A stretch of DNA of 64,000 bases from a virus, in IMG/VR virus record IMGVR_UViG_3300032893_000013, positions 44,070 through 108,069 of that record. One strand, given 5' to 3'. How positions within the stretch are numbered: position 1 is the first letter of the stretch; every line of letters begins with the position of its first letter. The notes under the pieces were generated by a model. The model was not told the origin of the DNA. It did no database searches and was given only the letters and a program-made list of their open reading frames with translations. Positions 46,364 through 56,050 of this stretch are shown here, piece by piece. Made by a program: the position numbers and the translations under genes.

Positions 46364-46886
46364 TCTGTACGAAGAAAGCAGCGGCATCTTGAAAGACATG
46401 GAAAAACAGGGCGTCATCAAAAACGTCTCTGAAGTTCCCGATCTAGTTCCTTTGACCGACAAAGAGGCCGGTGATGCCAAAAACATGAGCACGGAAGAGC
46501 GCCTGAAGCTCTATGAGCAAAAGTTGGCGGAACTGCAAGAAGAAACGCTTACGGAACCTTTGACTCGTGCAGAGCGCGAGATGATGAACGCCCTTTCCCT
46601 GCAAGCGTATGGGAAACGTCTTGAGTGGCAAAAGATGCTGCGCAAGGGCGAACTGCGGCCCGAAACCATTCAGACATCGAGCGGCGATGGCATCGCCGGT
46701 AAACGACTCCACTACTTCACCGTTGACCAAATTCGTCTGACGATGAAAAAAATCCTGGCCGACCGCGAAGAAGCCGCACGCAAGTCGGAAGCTGAACGTT
46801 TGGAACGCGAAAAAGCTCAACAAGCCAAAGAAAAGGAACTTGAAAATGAACAAAGCAAGACGGGAACTGGTACAGAAACTCCGTGA
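46347..46886 (+). CDS. Hypothetical protein
   Basis: SD AAGGAG. Confidence 0.55.
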   Translation: MDSRGNLYEESSGILKDMEKQGVIKNVSEVPDLVPLTDKEAGDAKNMSTEERLKLYEQKLAELQEETLTEPLTRAEREMMNALSLQAYGKRLEWQKMLRKGELRPETIQTSSGDGIAGKRLHYFTVDQIRLTMKKILADREEAARKSEAERLEREKAQQAKEKELENEQSKTGTGTETP

Positions 46887-47112
46887 GAGCGATCCGGCTC
46901 TCTCGCCAAAAGACGCCTATTTCTTGACTCGTAAGGTCAAGTTCACCGGCCCTCTCAAAGACAAGTTGGCCGCAAAAGGTTTGGACGTGTCCAAACGACG
47001 CATGTTTACGCCAGAAGAGTTCGGAATTGTTCAACAAACAATCGAAGAAATGCTGGCCGAAGCCAAGGCTAAGGCGGCGGAAGAGGCTCAAAATGCAAAT
47101 CCCAATAGTTGA
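46846..47112 (+). CDS. Hypothetical protein
   Basis: SD AAGGA. Confidence 0.5.
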   Translation: MNKARRELVQKLRESDPALSPKDAYFLTRKVKFTGPLKDKLAAKGLDVSKRRMFTPEEFGIVQQTIEEMLAEAKAKAAEEAQNANPNS

Positions 47113-47929
47113 TTACCGATCCAACGATGCTGCGGCCCGATTCATCAAATCAATCAAGGAATCAGGCTTCGGGGTACTCAACAATACGTTCGTAGAGCGT
47201 GATCTGCTCAAAAACGTGTATAATGACTGGGAACACTTCTTCGCCCGCGACCTGGAATACAAAGAGAAGTTCAAATTCAACGTGGAACTTCAAGATGGCT
47301 ATTTCCCTATCAATTCGGAGAAGGCCAAGGGCGCTTCAGTCGCCGATCTGAAAGAATTCATTCATCACTTCCCCAATCGAGAAAAAAGTACAATCAAAGT
47401 GTCAGACAGCACCAAGGTCCTTTGCATGGCCCTTGAAGACTTGGCCGTTGAGATTCTTGAGTGGCTTGAGGACGCCGCTCCAAAGGGATTGCCACAAGAC
47501 TGGGGCAGCATGGTTGGAAACAGCCAACAAACGCTTTACCGCGTGATCCACTATCCGCCTTTGACCGGCCTGAAAGCTCAAGAAGGAGCCGTGCGCGCCG
47601 CCGCTCACGAGGACATCAATTTCATTACGCTTCTTCCGGCAGCTACCGAATCCGGCCTGGAAGTATTGAATCGAAAGGGTGAATGGCAAAAAATTCACAC
47701 TGATTCCAGCAGTATCGTCGTGAATGTCGGGGATATGTTAGATTTAATGACGGAAGGATTTTATCGCTCAACAACGCATAGAGTAGTAAATCCTTCTGGA
47801 GAAGCGGCATCAAAATCTCGATATTCAATGCCGCTGTTTCTTCATCCGCATCCGGAAACTCAGCTTTCCGCCAACAAAACCGCAGGCCAGTACCTGGACG
47901 AACGCCTCAAGGAATTAGGGCTGAAATGA
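47093..47929 (+). CDS. 2OG-Fe(II) oxygenase, IPNS-like family
   Basis: SGFGVL, HYPP, HED (HxD), NVGDML, HRV and RYS. Confidence 0.92.
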   Translation: MQIPIVDYRSNDAAARFIKSIKESGFGVLNNTFVERDLLKNVYNDWEHFFARDLEYKEKFKFNVELQDGYFPINSEKAKGASVADLKEFIHHFPNREKSTIKVSDSTKVLCMALEDLAVEILEWLEDAAPKGLPQDWGSMVGNSQQTLYRVIHYPPLTGLKAQEGAVRAAAHEDINFITLLPAATESGLEVLNRKGEWQKIHTDSSSIVVNVGDMLDLMTEGFYRSTTHRVVNPSGEAASKSRYSMPLFLHPHPETQLSANKTAGQYLDERLKELGLK

Positions 47930-48249
47930 CCGCAACGACTGTCAAATACATCGCTCTCGCTGAGATGCGCCGGATCTGGAAATGCTCACTCAAAGCGCGT
48001 AATGAGATTTTTTACACCCACCAATACTCATTCCTGGCCAAAGCTCTGGGGATGTTTGCGATGATTCCCCTATTCGCGTCAATTGTCGTTTTTCTGGCGG
48101 CCATGCTGGGATTCTTTGCCCTGATGGTTGTTCCCGAAATTTGCTTGAAAACGACAGTGAAATATGTCAAGATTCTGTTGAAAAAGCGGCGATTGAAAAA
48201 TAACCGCGAATTTTATCGAAAATACTATAACCGTCAGGAGAACGTATGA
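47926..48249 (+). CDS. Membrane protein
   Basis: Long hydrophobic stretch. Confidence 0.5.
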   Translation: MTATTVKYIALAEMRRIWKCSLKARNEIFYTHQYSFLAKALGMFAMIPLFASIVVFLAAMLGFFALMVVPEICLKTTVKYVKILLKKRRLKNNREFYRKYYNRQENV

Positions 48250-48644
48250 AATCTCTGTTCATGTCCGTCGTATTCGCCGCACTCACGGCTTTCACTTTTT
48301 CGCACGTTGCCCAAGCTGCAACTGAAGTGACTGACCAAAACTACAAGCAAACACTCGATGCGCCAATCTTGAAGGGCGAAAGTGTTGTTGTGGTGTTCTA
48401 CGCCAACTGGTGCCCTCATTGCAAAAACTTTGAGCCGATGGTCGCTGCTGCCGAGAAGAAGTTCAAAAACGTAAAATTCACCCGCATCGACGTTGACAAG
48501 AATCCGATGCTGAGCAGTCGAATTCGCGGCCTTCCGACAATGATGCTTGTGAAGGGCAAAAAGATCGTCGGGATTCTCGAAGGCGAAGCTCCTTCTCAAG
48601 AAGCCCTTGAACAAACTCTTCAAAAGGTTTTCGGTAACAAATGA
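48246..48644 (+). CDS. Exported thioredoxin with CPHC active site
   Basis: Signal peptide ending AQA; FYANWCPHCK; GLPT cis-Pro loop. Confidence 0.88.
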   Translation: MKSLFMSVVFAALTAFTFSHVAQAATEVTDQNYKQTLDAPILKGESVVVVFYANWCPHCKNFEPMVAAAEKKFKNVKFTRIDVDKNPMLSSRIRGLPTMMLVKGKKIVGILEGEAPSQEALEQTLQKVFGNK

Positions 48645-49273
48645 GATTTCTTCTCCCCTTACTCGCCACTTTAATTGTGGGATGCGCAAGTACCCCCGCG
48701 TACCAGGACGCTTACGCCACAAATCCTTCTGAATCAGAAGAGTTCGGCGTATATGTCCGCCTCTTTCAGCTTGAAGCAGAGAAGAGGGGGGTTCAACTTT
48801 CCATGCCCAATCTCGACCGGAGCCTAAGAATTTACAAGGTAGATAATTTCAACGAAGAATTGCAGAAGAAGTACGTCATAGGTCTTTGCATCAAGACTGC
48901 CACTGAAGTTGACATCTACATCGACAGAGACTCGTGGAATTCATACGACAGTCAGCAGCGTGAGCTTTTGCTGTTCCATGAATTGGGACATTGCGTGCTC
49001 GATCTCGAACACGATAAATCGACGGATAGTGAAGGATTGCCGGATGACATCATGTTCCCGGTGAATTTCGACTCCTACGAATATTACAAATATCGGACTT
49101 TCTTCTTAGATCGAATGTTCAAGAAGGTGTCGAAAAAGAAAGACAATCCTGCGCCTGTAGGAGAAACTGTCTACACATGCCGCTGGGGCCTCAAATACCG
49201 AAAGGGAAAAGTTTACCGTGATAAATCTGGAAAAGATCAACGATATTCTCCAATTTCTGGCCAAAAGTTCTGA
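48641..49273 (+). CDS. Lipoprotein zinc metallopeptidase (metzincin-like)
   Basis: Lipobox IVGC; HELGHCVLDLEH; IMFP Met-turn. Confidence 0.82.
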   Translation: MRFLLPLLATLIVGCASTPAYQDAYATNPSESEEFGVYVRLFQLEAEKRGVQLSMPNLDRSLRIYKVDNFNEELQKKYVIGLCIKTATEVDIYIDRDSWNSYDSQQRELLLFHELGHCVLDLEHDKSTDSEGLPDDIMFPVNFDSYEYYKYRTFFLDRMFKKVSKKKDNPAPVGETVYTCRWGLKYRKGKVYRDKSGKDQRYSPISGQKF

Positions 49274-49598
49274 TGGCTTAAAAGAAGTCAAGGGTAAAGG
49301 CGGGATCATTCTCAGCCTGTTGCCTTGGATTTCTGTCATGCACCTTTATCACACTGCGTCTGAGGCCGAAAAGCGCGTCAAGGCTCTTGAGAAGAGGGCC
49401 GAGATTCATGAGCAGCGTTTTGAAGATGAAGCGGAAAAAGCTGAAGAGCACGCGGTCATCTATGCCGGATCTTCAATCAAGGTCGCCACTGAAGCTCAAG
49501 AGCAGGTGGACCAATTCATGTCCCAACAACAACTCTATAACCAGGGACTCGACACTCGAATAAAAACTCTCGAAAGACTTTGCCGGAAGAAAAAGTGA
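49218..49598 (+). CDS. Hypothetical membrane/coiled-coil protein
   Basis: Hydrophobic patch plus coiled coil. Confidence 0.45.
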   Translation: MINLEKINDILQFLAKSSDGLKEVKGKGGIILSLLPWISVMHLYHTASEAEKRVKALEKRAEIHEQRFEDEAEKAEEHAVIYAGSSIKVATEAQEQVDQFMSQQQLYNQGLDTRIKTLERLCRKKK

Positions 49599-51661
49599 AA
49601 ACCTTCGGTAGAGTCTTTGAGCAAAACGAAAAAATCGTTTTGGATGCGGAGCCTCACGTCATGCAGCGGCTTCGTCCCATGTTCGCGCACGCGCAGAACC
49701 TGCACAGTTACGGCCAATACACCCACAATCCAATCGCAATGACTCTCACGCGGGCCGCCGCGAAGGATATTCTTTGGGTGAACACTCGATACAATCTGGA
49801 CATAAAACAGGACATGATGTCCAGATTGCAGGCTATGTCATTGGAATATGACAGGATTGTTCAGTCAGTTTCTGACAGCGCAAACGACAAAGAACTGAAG
49901 TTGAGCAAAGAAGCGTGGCCGTTCGCCATTCCGCTCCGTGAGCATCAAATCAAGTTCATGAACATGGCCAAGAAGTCCAAGCGGATTTTGCTTGCTGACA
50001 AAATAGGTCTTGGGAAGACATTTTCCGCACTCTCAATCTTGGCTGAACCGGAAGCCCGACCGGCCATCATCATTACCCCAACGCACCTTTGCAATCAGTG
50101 GGACCGCGAGATCAAGCGCCTTTATCCGATGGCGACTACGCACATCATCAAGGGTTTTAAGAATTACGAGCTTCCTGTCGTTGACATCTACATAACCTCT
50201 TATAATCGCTTGGCTCCTTGGCAAGATGTCCTTTTCAAAACTACTTGCAAAACGGTCATTTTGGAGGAAGCCCATGAGCTTCGCCATACGGGAACTGGCA
50301 AGCGCGAAGTATCGCAGATGCTGTCGAAAAAAGCGGAATATTGCATCGAACTAAGCGGCACTCCAATCTATAACTACGGAGCGGAGATTTGGTCAATCAT
50401 TGATGTGGCTTCAGAAAACGCTCTTGGAACTTACGAAGAATTTACATCTGAATGGTGTACTTGGGAGCGCGTGCGCGAGCCTAGCGTCCTAAACTCATAC
50501 CTCAAAAGCATGGGCTTGATGTTGCGCCGGGAACCTGAAGAAGTAGGTCTAAACTTCGGAACAACATCCAAGCACGTCTATACTCTTGATGCGGACATGG
50601 CAGAGCTTGAGAAGATCGAAGACATCGCAAAAATGCTGGCCCTATCGGTTCTGTCCGGTCGCGTGGGTGAAAGTGATGAATCTGCCCGAGAACTTGATTG
50701 GAAACTGCGGCACGCAACGGGAGTGGCAAAGGCCCGCCCGACTGCCGAGTTCGTCAAAATGATGTGCGAGCAAGGCGAAAAGGTTGTTCTGGCCGGTTGG
50801 CACCGCGACGTTTACGATGTCTGGATGAAAGAGCTTGAGATGTACAATCCGGTAATGTACACCGGCACAGAATCTCCCCACCAAAAAGATGCTGCGGTAA
50901 AAAAATTCATCGAAGGAGATGCGAAAGTTTTCATCATCAGTCTTCGCTCCGGAGCCGGTCTTGATGGTCTTCAAAGAGTATCCAACACGGTCGTTTTTGG
51001 AGAACTGGATTGGTCACCGCACGTTATGGACCAAGTGATTGGACGCCTGGCCCGCGATGGCCAAACCAAACACGTCCAAGCCTTTTATCTGACGATTGCG
51101 GACGGCGCAGATCCTTTCATGATGCAAGTTTTGAACGTGAAGCGAAGCCAGCATGAAGGTCTGGTCGAGGGTAAGACGGCAGACGTAGAAATCTTAAAAG
51201 ACACGAATCCTGGAACTGACCGCGTGCGCGAGATGGCAAAACAATATCTCACGTCGATTGGCGAAGAAGTTCCAGTGATTGTCGAGGAAGTTGGCCTGAT
51301 GGGCGATGTTGCGCGGGCATTACGAAAGATCCGCGTCTCGACAAACACAGAGCAAGAAATGCAAGAAGCCGTCAACAAAGTCCTTCCCGACATGCTACCA
51401 TCGTCTCAAATTGAGAGAGAATTCAAAATTTCTTCGCGCTCCAGATTGGACTTTCTTGTCTCAAAAGGAGACGAAAAGGTCGCAATCGAGTGCAAGATCG
51501 ACTCGACCAAGCGCGCCGAAGTGTATCGCCAAGTACGCAGATACGTTGAGGAAGCCAAGGTTACATCCGTCGTTCTCTATGCGCCGTGGTCCGGCGTCCC
51601 ATCTTTTGTCGTTGATGGAACACCCGTAATTGTTGTAGATCCCTCCTTGACGGCACTGTGA
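49580..51661 (+). CDS. SNF2-family helicase fused to a C-terminal PD-(D/E)XK-like nuclease
   Basis: LADKIGLGKT, EEAH, SGTP, GLDG and Q..GR..R.GQ; C-term ERE...RLDF...IECK...QV.RY. Confidence 0.85.
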   Translation: MPEEKVKTFGRVFEQNEKIVLDAEPHVMQRLRPMFAHAQNLHSYGQYTHNPIAMTLTRAAAKDILWVNTRYNLDIKQDMMSRLQAMSLEYDRIVQSVSDSANDKELKLSKEAWPFAIPLREHQIKFMNMAKKSKRILLADKIGLGKTFSALSILAEPEARPAIIITPTHLCNQWDREIKRLYPMATTHIIKGFKNYELPVVDIYITSYNRLAPWQDVLFKTTCKTVILEEAHELRHTGTGKREVSQMLSKKAEYCIELSGTPIYNYGAEIWSIIDVASENALGTYEEFTSEWCTWERVREPSVLNSYLKSMGLMLRREPEEVGLNFGTTSKHVYTLDADMAELEKIEDIAKMLALSVLSGRVGESDESARELDWKLRHATGVAKARPTAEFVKMMCEQGEKVVLAGWHRDVYDVWMKELEMYNPVMYTGTESPHQKDAAVKKFIEGDAKVFIISLRSGAGLDGLQRVSNTVVFGELDWSPHVMDQVIGRLARDGQTKHVQAFYLTIADGADPFMMQVLNVKRSQHEGLVEGKTADVEILKDTNPGTDRVREMAKQYLTSIGEEVPVIVEEVGLMGDVARALRKIRVSTNTEQEMQEAVNKVLPDMLPSSQIEREFKISSRSRLDFLVSKGDEKVAIECKIDSTKRAEVYRQVRRYVEEAKVTSVVLYAPWSGVPSFVVDGTPVIVVDPSLTAL

Positions 51662-51676
51662 AAATTTTGGTATTCT
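51647..51676 (+). promoter_or_regulatory. Sigma70-like promoter
   Basis: TTGACG-N18-TATTCT with TGn extension. Confidence 0.55.
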
Positions 51677-51695
51677 GTCCTTGGAGGATAGAGCC

Positions 51696-51953
51696 ATGAC
51701 CACAGTAATCAAGCGTTACGCCAATCGTAAACTTTACAACACCCGCACCAGCCAATACGTCACGCTGACCGATCTGTGCGATATGGTCCGCCATGGCGAA
51801 GAATTCGACGTGATCGACAACCGCACTGGCGAATTCATCACTGCCGCGACTCTCACGCAGGCCCTCCACGAAGAAAAGCTGAAATCTGGAAAATTTGGTC
51901 AAGTTGCCGACATCCGCCGCGAGATTATTGGCACGATAGGGCATGGTGGATAA
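51696..51953 (+). CDS. PhaR-like (PHB accumulation regulator) DNA-binding domain protein
   Basis: IKRYANRKLYNT..S.YVTL...V.D..TG..IT...LTQ. Confidence 0.9.
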   Translation: MTTVIKRYANRKLYNTRTSQYVTLTDLCDMVRHGEEFDVIDNRTGEFITAATLTQALHEEKLKSGKFGQVADIRREIIGTIGHGG

Positions 51954-52357
51954 TGGACGTTCAGCGATCAATCAACGGATTCAACGCTGGGCAAAACCTC
52001 TACCTTGCCGTGATTCAACAGACATTGTTGGATGTTCAGTCCATCGTTGAGGCGACCAAAAGGGAAGTGTCCGAATTCAAGGTCGCAGACATCCGCCGCA
52101 AAAAAGACAAAGAAACGCTCCTCATGGAAATCAACCATGAGCATTTCAAGACCATCTGCGCAAATGCTGGCGTAAGTCACGAGCGCGTGATGGATGAGCT
52201 TCTGGATGCTTTTGACACTATCAAGTGGCACGGCATCAAGTTTGTGAATCTTCGCAAACACATTGATGCCAGCGGAATTCATCGAGTCGCCAAATATCAC
52301 CCAAAATCGCTCTATGACCGATTTCCTTGGGTTCACGAAAGAGAGGAAACCGTATGA
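51953..52357 (+). CDS. Hypothetical protein
   Basis: Coupled ORF. Confidence 0.5.
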   Translation: MDVQRSINGFNAGQNLYLAVIQQTLLDVQSIVEATKREVSEFKVADIRRKKDKETLLMEINHEHFKTICANAGVSHERVMDELLDAFDTIKWHGIKFVNLRKHIDASGIHRVAKYHPKSLYDRFPWVHEREETV

Positions 52358-52914
52358 AACGCCCGATGAGACTTTTGCTCCACGCGCACTCAGTCCTGAA
52401 CGTCCACGGCCCGCTTTTCTTCGAGGAACTTGTTGATAAGCTGGTCATCCGTGGCCTTCGCTTCTATCCGGTGGATCTGAGCAAGTTGCTCAATTCAGAA
52501 GCGGCAACGTACTTCATGATTCGCAAGGATCACGATGCCGGAGCCTACGAAGTCATTCCGGTCAAAAAAGTCGAATACAAAGTCGGCGTAGCTTCCAAAC
52601 TGAATGTGGAATACCCCAAAGGCCCGGTTCCATGGCCCAAAACGCCGATGGTCGCGGTCGTTATGACGCCTTCACCGCGCCAGATTGCCAAGGAAGAGAA
52701 GAAGCGCGAAGTGTTGCGCTTTTGCGAACTGATGGGCAGATGGCCAAGTCAACTCAAAAAAGAGGAAAAAACGCTCTACGGCTTCATCCAGAACAATCGC
52801 AAGGACGAAGTTTTCATGGCGCAGCTTAAGAAATTCAAAAAAGGCGGTCGCATTCTCAGCAATGAAGAAAAACTTGGCCTACAACTCGCTGATTCGGGCG
52901 GAACGGGGTTCTAA
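52354..52914 (+). CDS. Hypothetical protein
   Basis: Coupled ORF; SD GAGG. Confidence 0.5.
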   Translation: MKRPMRLLLHAHSVLNVHGPLFFEELVDKLVIRGLRFYPVDLSKLLNSEAATYFMIRKDHDAGAYEVIPVKKVEYKVGVASKLNVEYPKGPVPWPKTPMVAVVMTPSPRQIAKEEKKREVLRFCELMGRWPSQLKKEEKTLYGFIQNNRKDEVFMAQLKKFKKGGRILSNEEKLGLQLADSGGTGF

Positions 52915-53826
52915 TGAGCAAGAAAAAGGTCGGAATGACAGTTAGAGAGGCAGTTGAGGAGGCGCAAAAGACTTTCAGCGTCTCTATGGGCGAACAGGGC
53001 ACCTATTTTACGGCTATCGGCTGGGAAAGTCCCGAAACTGGACAAAAAACAGGCCCCTTTTTCGTTTGCATCGTTGATGGATTAGCAATCGAAGTAGATA
53101 AAGACGGAAAATTCCGAGATTTTTACTCAGCCAAAGCCGAGCATTACTTCCCATTCTTCTCGGCGGACATAAAAACGGAGCGGCCATGAAGAAAATTGAC
53201 GGATTCCAATGCGAAAACTGCAAAGTGATCCATCCCACGGCTCAGGAAGCTGAGAAGTGCGAGAGACATCACCGAGAAAGGCTTGCTGGTATCAAAATCA
53301 TGGGAGGCCATTTCAAAAATCCTGAAGGAACGTGGGGTTTTGGCCGAGAACAACGAATCATGTACCCGCAAACCATCAACATCCGCTTCTCGGATGGATA
53401 TGGCGATTTCGCTGAGTACACTCTTTCACACGTTGGATATAGAGGTTTATGATGGGCAATCTAGGACGAATCCTGACAATTCGAGTGAAGATCACCGATC
53501 CTGAAAAAGCCAAGTGGATCTGGGACGCGCACATTGGCCCGGCGCAACACGGCGTTGAAGTCGGAGCGATTGCAGACGGCGATCTGTTTGCCGAGCGTAA
53601 TCAGTTGCGAGAATTGGTGTTGGACGAGAATTCAATCGCCATCCCCAAGAAATACTACGTCAAGCAAGCCGACGAAACTGCCGAAGAGGCCATCGAAGCG
53701 CACTGCAACGGCGGATTTGACACGCTGGAGAACGCAAAAAACGACGCGCCACACTGCACAGATCCTGGCGTCAAGTGGGATGTGATCGACATTACTGGGA
53801 AAGTCTACGCTTCTGGAGGCGGATAA
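52914..53826 (+). other. Three small coupled hypothetical ORFs (52914-53189, 53186-53452, 53449-53826)
   Basis: Start/stop overlaps. Confidence 0.5.
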
Positions 53827-54284
53827 TGCTTGAAGATGGACAAAAAGTCGAAATCTACAGGAACCTGAATCGCCGCAATGGAATTTGGTTTTCAGTGCGC
53901 GACCGCAAATCCGGACTTGTCGTTCGTCGCATGAACATCAAAGATTTTGAATGCCTTGTTCTCAAAAACGCCGAGTTCAAGGTGTCAAAAGCCGGTCGTG
54001 ATCGAGTGTTGCGAGAAAAGCGCAAGAATGTTCACGCCTTAATCAAGGCTGACGTTTTTCGTCATCCATCCGGAAAGACTCCCTTGACCTTTTACGATCA
54101 GGGGTATTATCCTGTGACCGTGAGTTACAATCCATACGCCAACGAAACCTTCATTGCCAACTTGATGAACGGAAAGGTTCACATCCAAGCTCCAATTGAG
54201 CGCGCCGACTTTGTAACGATTGACGATGCTGGCGTGCGTGCGTGGGTTCGCCGTGGCGATCTTTCTGGAGGGAAAACGGTATGA
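53826..54284 (+). CDS. Conserved phage protein of unknown function
   Basis: YRNL...FSV...GRDRVLREKRKNVHA pattern recalled from other phages. Confidence 0.6.
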   Translation: MLEDGQKVEIYRNLNRRNGIWFSVRDRKSGLVVRRMNIKDFECLVLKNAEFKVSKAGRDRVLREKRKNVHALIKADVFRHPSGKTPLTFYDQGYYPVTVSYNPYANETFIANLMNGKVHIQAPIERADFVTIDDAGVRAWVRRGDLSGGKTV

Positions 54285-54853
54285 AACTGGAAGTCATGGG
54301 ATATGCTGAAGACAAAGCCGAGATGGTCCGCTTCCGCCTCAATCAAGGCTGGGATTACGTTTGGATCACTTACCACGACACCAAAGGCTTTCTCACCATC
54401 ACTTCCAGCTATGGTAACTGGTCCTTCATTTGGAGTTCAATGGGCGAAGGAACAACTTTGCGTGAGTTCATCATGCGCGCAGGCGACGATTATTTGGCCA
54501 ACAAGATGTGGGGCAAAGACCAAGAGTATTTCGATGAAGACGAAGCGGTCAACGACATCAAGCGTTCGATCATAGAGGATCGTCGTATGGGCTACATTGA
54601 TTCCGATAAGGCGCGGTTCCTGTGGCGAGAAGCCGAGGATCTCGGTGAGGATTACGAAGGCGCGAGCCGCGACCTATTCATGAGTGCATTTTCCGACAAT
54701 CGACATCTTTGCGAGTGGAAAACTGAATGGTGGGAAACAAACTGGGGAATGCGCCCGAAGCCAAATTTCATGACACTCAGGAATGAAATCATTCCCATGT
54801 TTCGCCGATACCTGAAGGGAGAATTGCTTGAAAAAGCTACTCCAACTCTTTAA
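54281..54853 (+). CDS. Hypothetical phage protein
   Basis: SD GGAGG; coupled. Confidence 0.55.
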   Translation: MKLEVMGYAEDKAEMVRFRLNQGWDYVWITYHDTKGFLTITSSYGNWSFIWSSMGEGTTLREFIMRAGDDYLANKMWGKDQEYFDEDEAVNDIKRSIIEDRRMGYIDSDKARFLWREAEDLGEDYEGASRDLFMSAFSDNRHLCEWKTEWWETNWGMRPKPNFMTLRNEIIPMFRRYLKGELLEKATPTL

Positions 54854-55184
54854 GCGATGGCTTGGCCTCAAGCCTAAGCCGGTTCTCGTCAAGTCAGCCT
54901 GGAGTGAACTGCTCACGCCGTTTCGCTATCAAGACGAACTGATGAAGAAGTTCCACGATGAAAACGAGAAAAACTTCCAGGAAATGCTGGCGAAGATCAC
55001 GTCCGATCAAAAGATTGTTGTAACGGGCATCGCCAAAATGCCAGGCCCTTACGTCAGCTATGAGACGTATTATTTGAGCGATGGCTCTGCGTATCCGTTC
55101 CGATTCCGCGCTTCCCTTCATTGGGTAGACACATTGACTCCGCAAGAGGTTTACGCTAACATTCAAACAAAAGGTGATGTATGA
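54828..55184 (+). CDS. Hypothetical protein
   Basis: ORF in operon. Confidence 0.45.
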   Translation: MKKLLQLFKRWLGLKPKPVLVKSAWSELLTPFRYQDELMKKFHDENEKNFQEMLAKITSDQKIVVTGIAKMPGPYVSYETYYLSDGSAYPFRFRASLHWVDTLTPQEVYANIQTKGDV

Positions 55185-55360
55185 AACAAGAAACGCTTAT
55201 CAAAGCAATGCTGGTGTTGTTCATTTCGTTGATGGCTTTCAGTGTCGGCACGTTTGTTGGAAAAGAAGTCGCCGACTCCGATCATAAACGCGAACAGCTT
55301 ATCAAGGAATTGTACCCCAATGATGGCGCAAAGCCCGAAGGCACCGTTTATGGCCCGTGA
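55181..55360 (+). CDS. 59-aa single-pass membrane protein, possible mimic of a SPOR/FtsN-like N-terminus
   Basis: Hand translation MKQETLIKAMLVLFISLMAFSVGTFVGKEVADSDHKREQL...; below ORF-track cut-off; SD AAGGTG; ATGA overlap. Confidence 0.65.
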   Translation: MKQETLIKAMLVLFISLMAFSVGTFVGKEVADSDHKREQLIKELYPNDGAKPEGTVYGP

Positions 55361-55607
55361 ACTGAAGGATAATGCTGTGAAAATTCAATTCTATTGGAAC
55401 GAAAACTATCCCGAAACTCTTTACGTCATGAGCCGCGATCTTCTCAGTGGCCAAGACGTTCTGTACGTTTTACACGATAACTTTGAAGACGATCCTGGTG
55501 ACGGTAAGAGACGGGCGTCCGGCGATCTTCGCTGGCACCGCTGTTCGTGGGCTACAAGTCCACGCGCCATGAAGAGCAATGGATTTGAGCTTATCGGTGC
55601 GCTATGA
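55350..55607 (+). CDS. Hypothetical protein
   Basis: 3' part of the tracked ORF 55242..55607. Confidence 0.45.
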   Translation: MARELKDNAVKIQFYWNENYPETLYVMSRDLLSGQDVLYVLHDNFEDDPGDGKRRASGDLRWHRCSWATSPRAMKSNGFELIGAL

Positions 55608-56050
55608 ATCAGATTTTCTTTTGGGCGCAACGCGATCAGTACGGAGCCTTCTCGAACTTCTTCTATTCGCCGATCAAAATTGGCGACTGGACGTATCCTA
55701 CTGTTGAGCACTTCTACCAGGCCCAGAAGTTCGTTCACGATTACGACAAATGGCTTGCCGTAGCTTGCGCATCCACACCCATGCGCGCAAAGCATCTTTC
55801 GCACAAATTTGGCAAAGACCGCAGAACCGACTGGGAAGACGTGAAATTTGACATCATGGTGAGCGCCCTGATAGTCAAGTTCAATTCGCATCCGAAGCTG
55901 AAAGAGCTTCTTTTGGGCACTGGCGACGCGGAAATCTACGAAGACAGCCCGAAGGACAAAATCTGGGGAACCGGCGAAAAGGGCGGCGTTGGCACTGGCC
56001 AGAATCTTCTTGGTAAGGCGCTCATGCAGGTGCGGGAGATGTTGCGATGA
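55604..56050 (+). CDS. NADAR (YbiA-like) ADP-ribosyl/N-glycosidase
   Basis: FSNF, TVEHFYQAQKF, KF..H..L..LL.TG, EDSP.D..WG and GQNLLGKALM..RE. Confidence 0.92.
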   Translation: MNQIFFWAQRDQYGAFSNFFYSPIKIGDWTYPTVEHFYQAQKFVHDYDKWLAVACASTPMRAKHLSHKFGKDRRTDWEDVKFDIMVSALIVKFNSHPKLKELLLGTGDAEIYEDSPKDKIWGTGEKGGVGTGQNLLGKALMQVREMLR

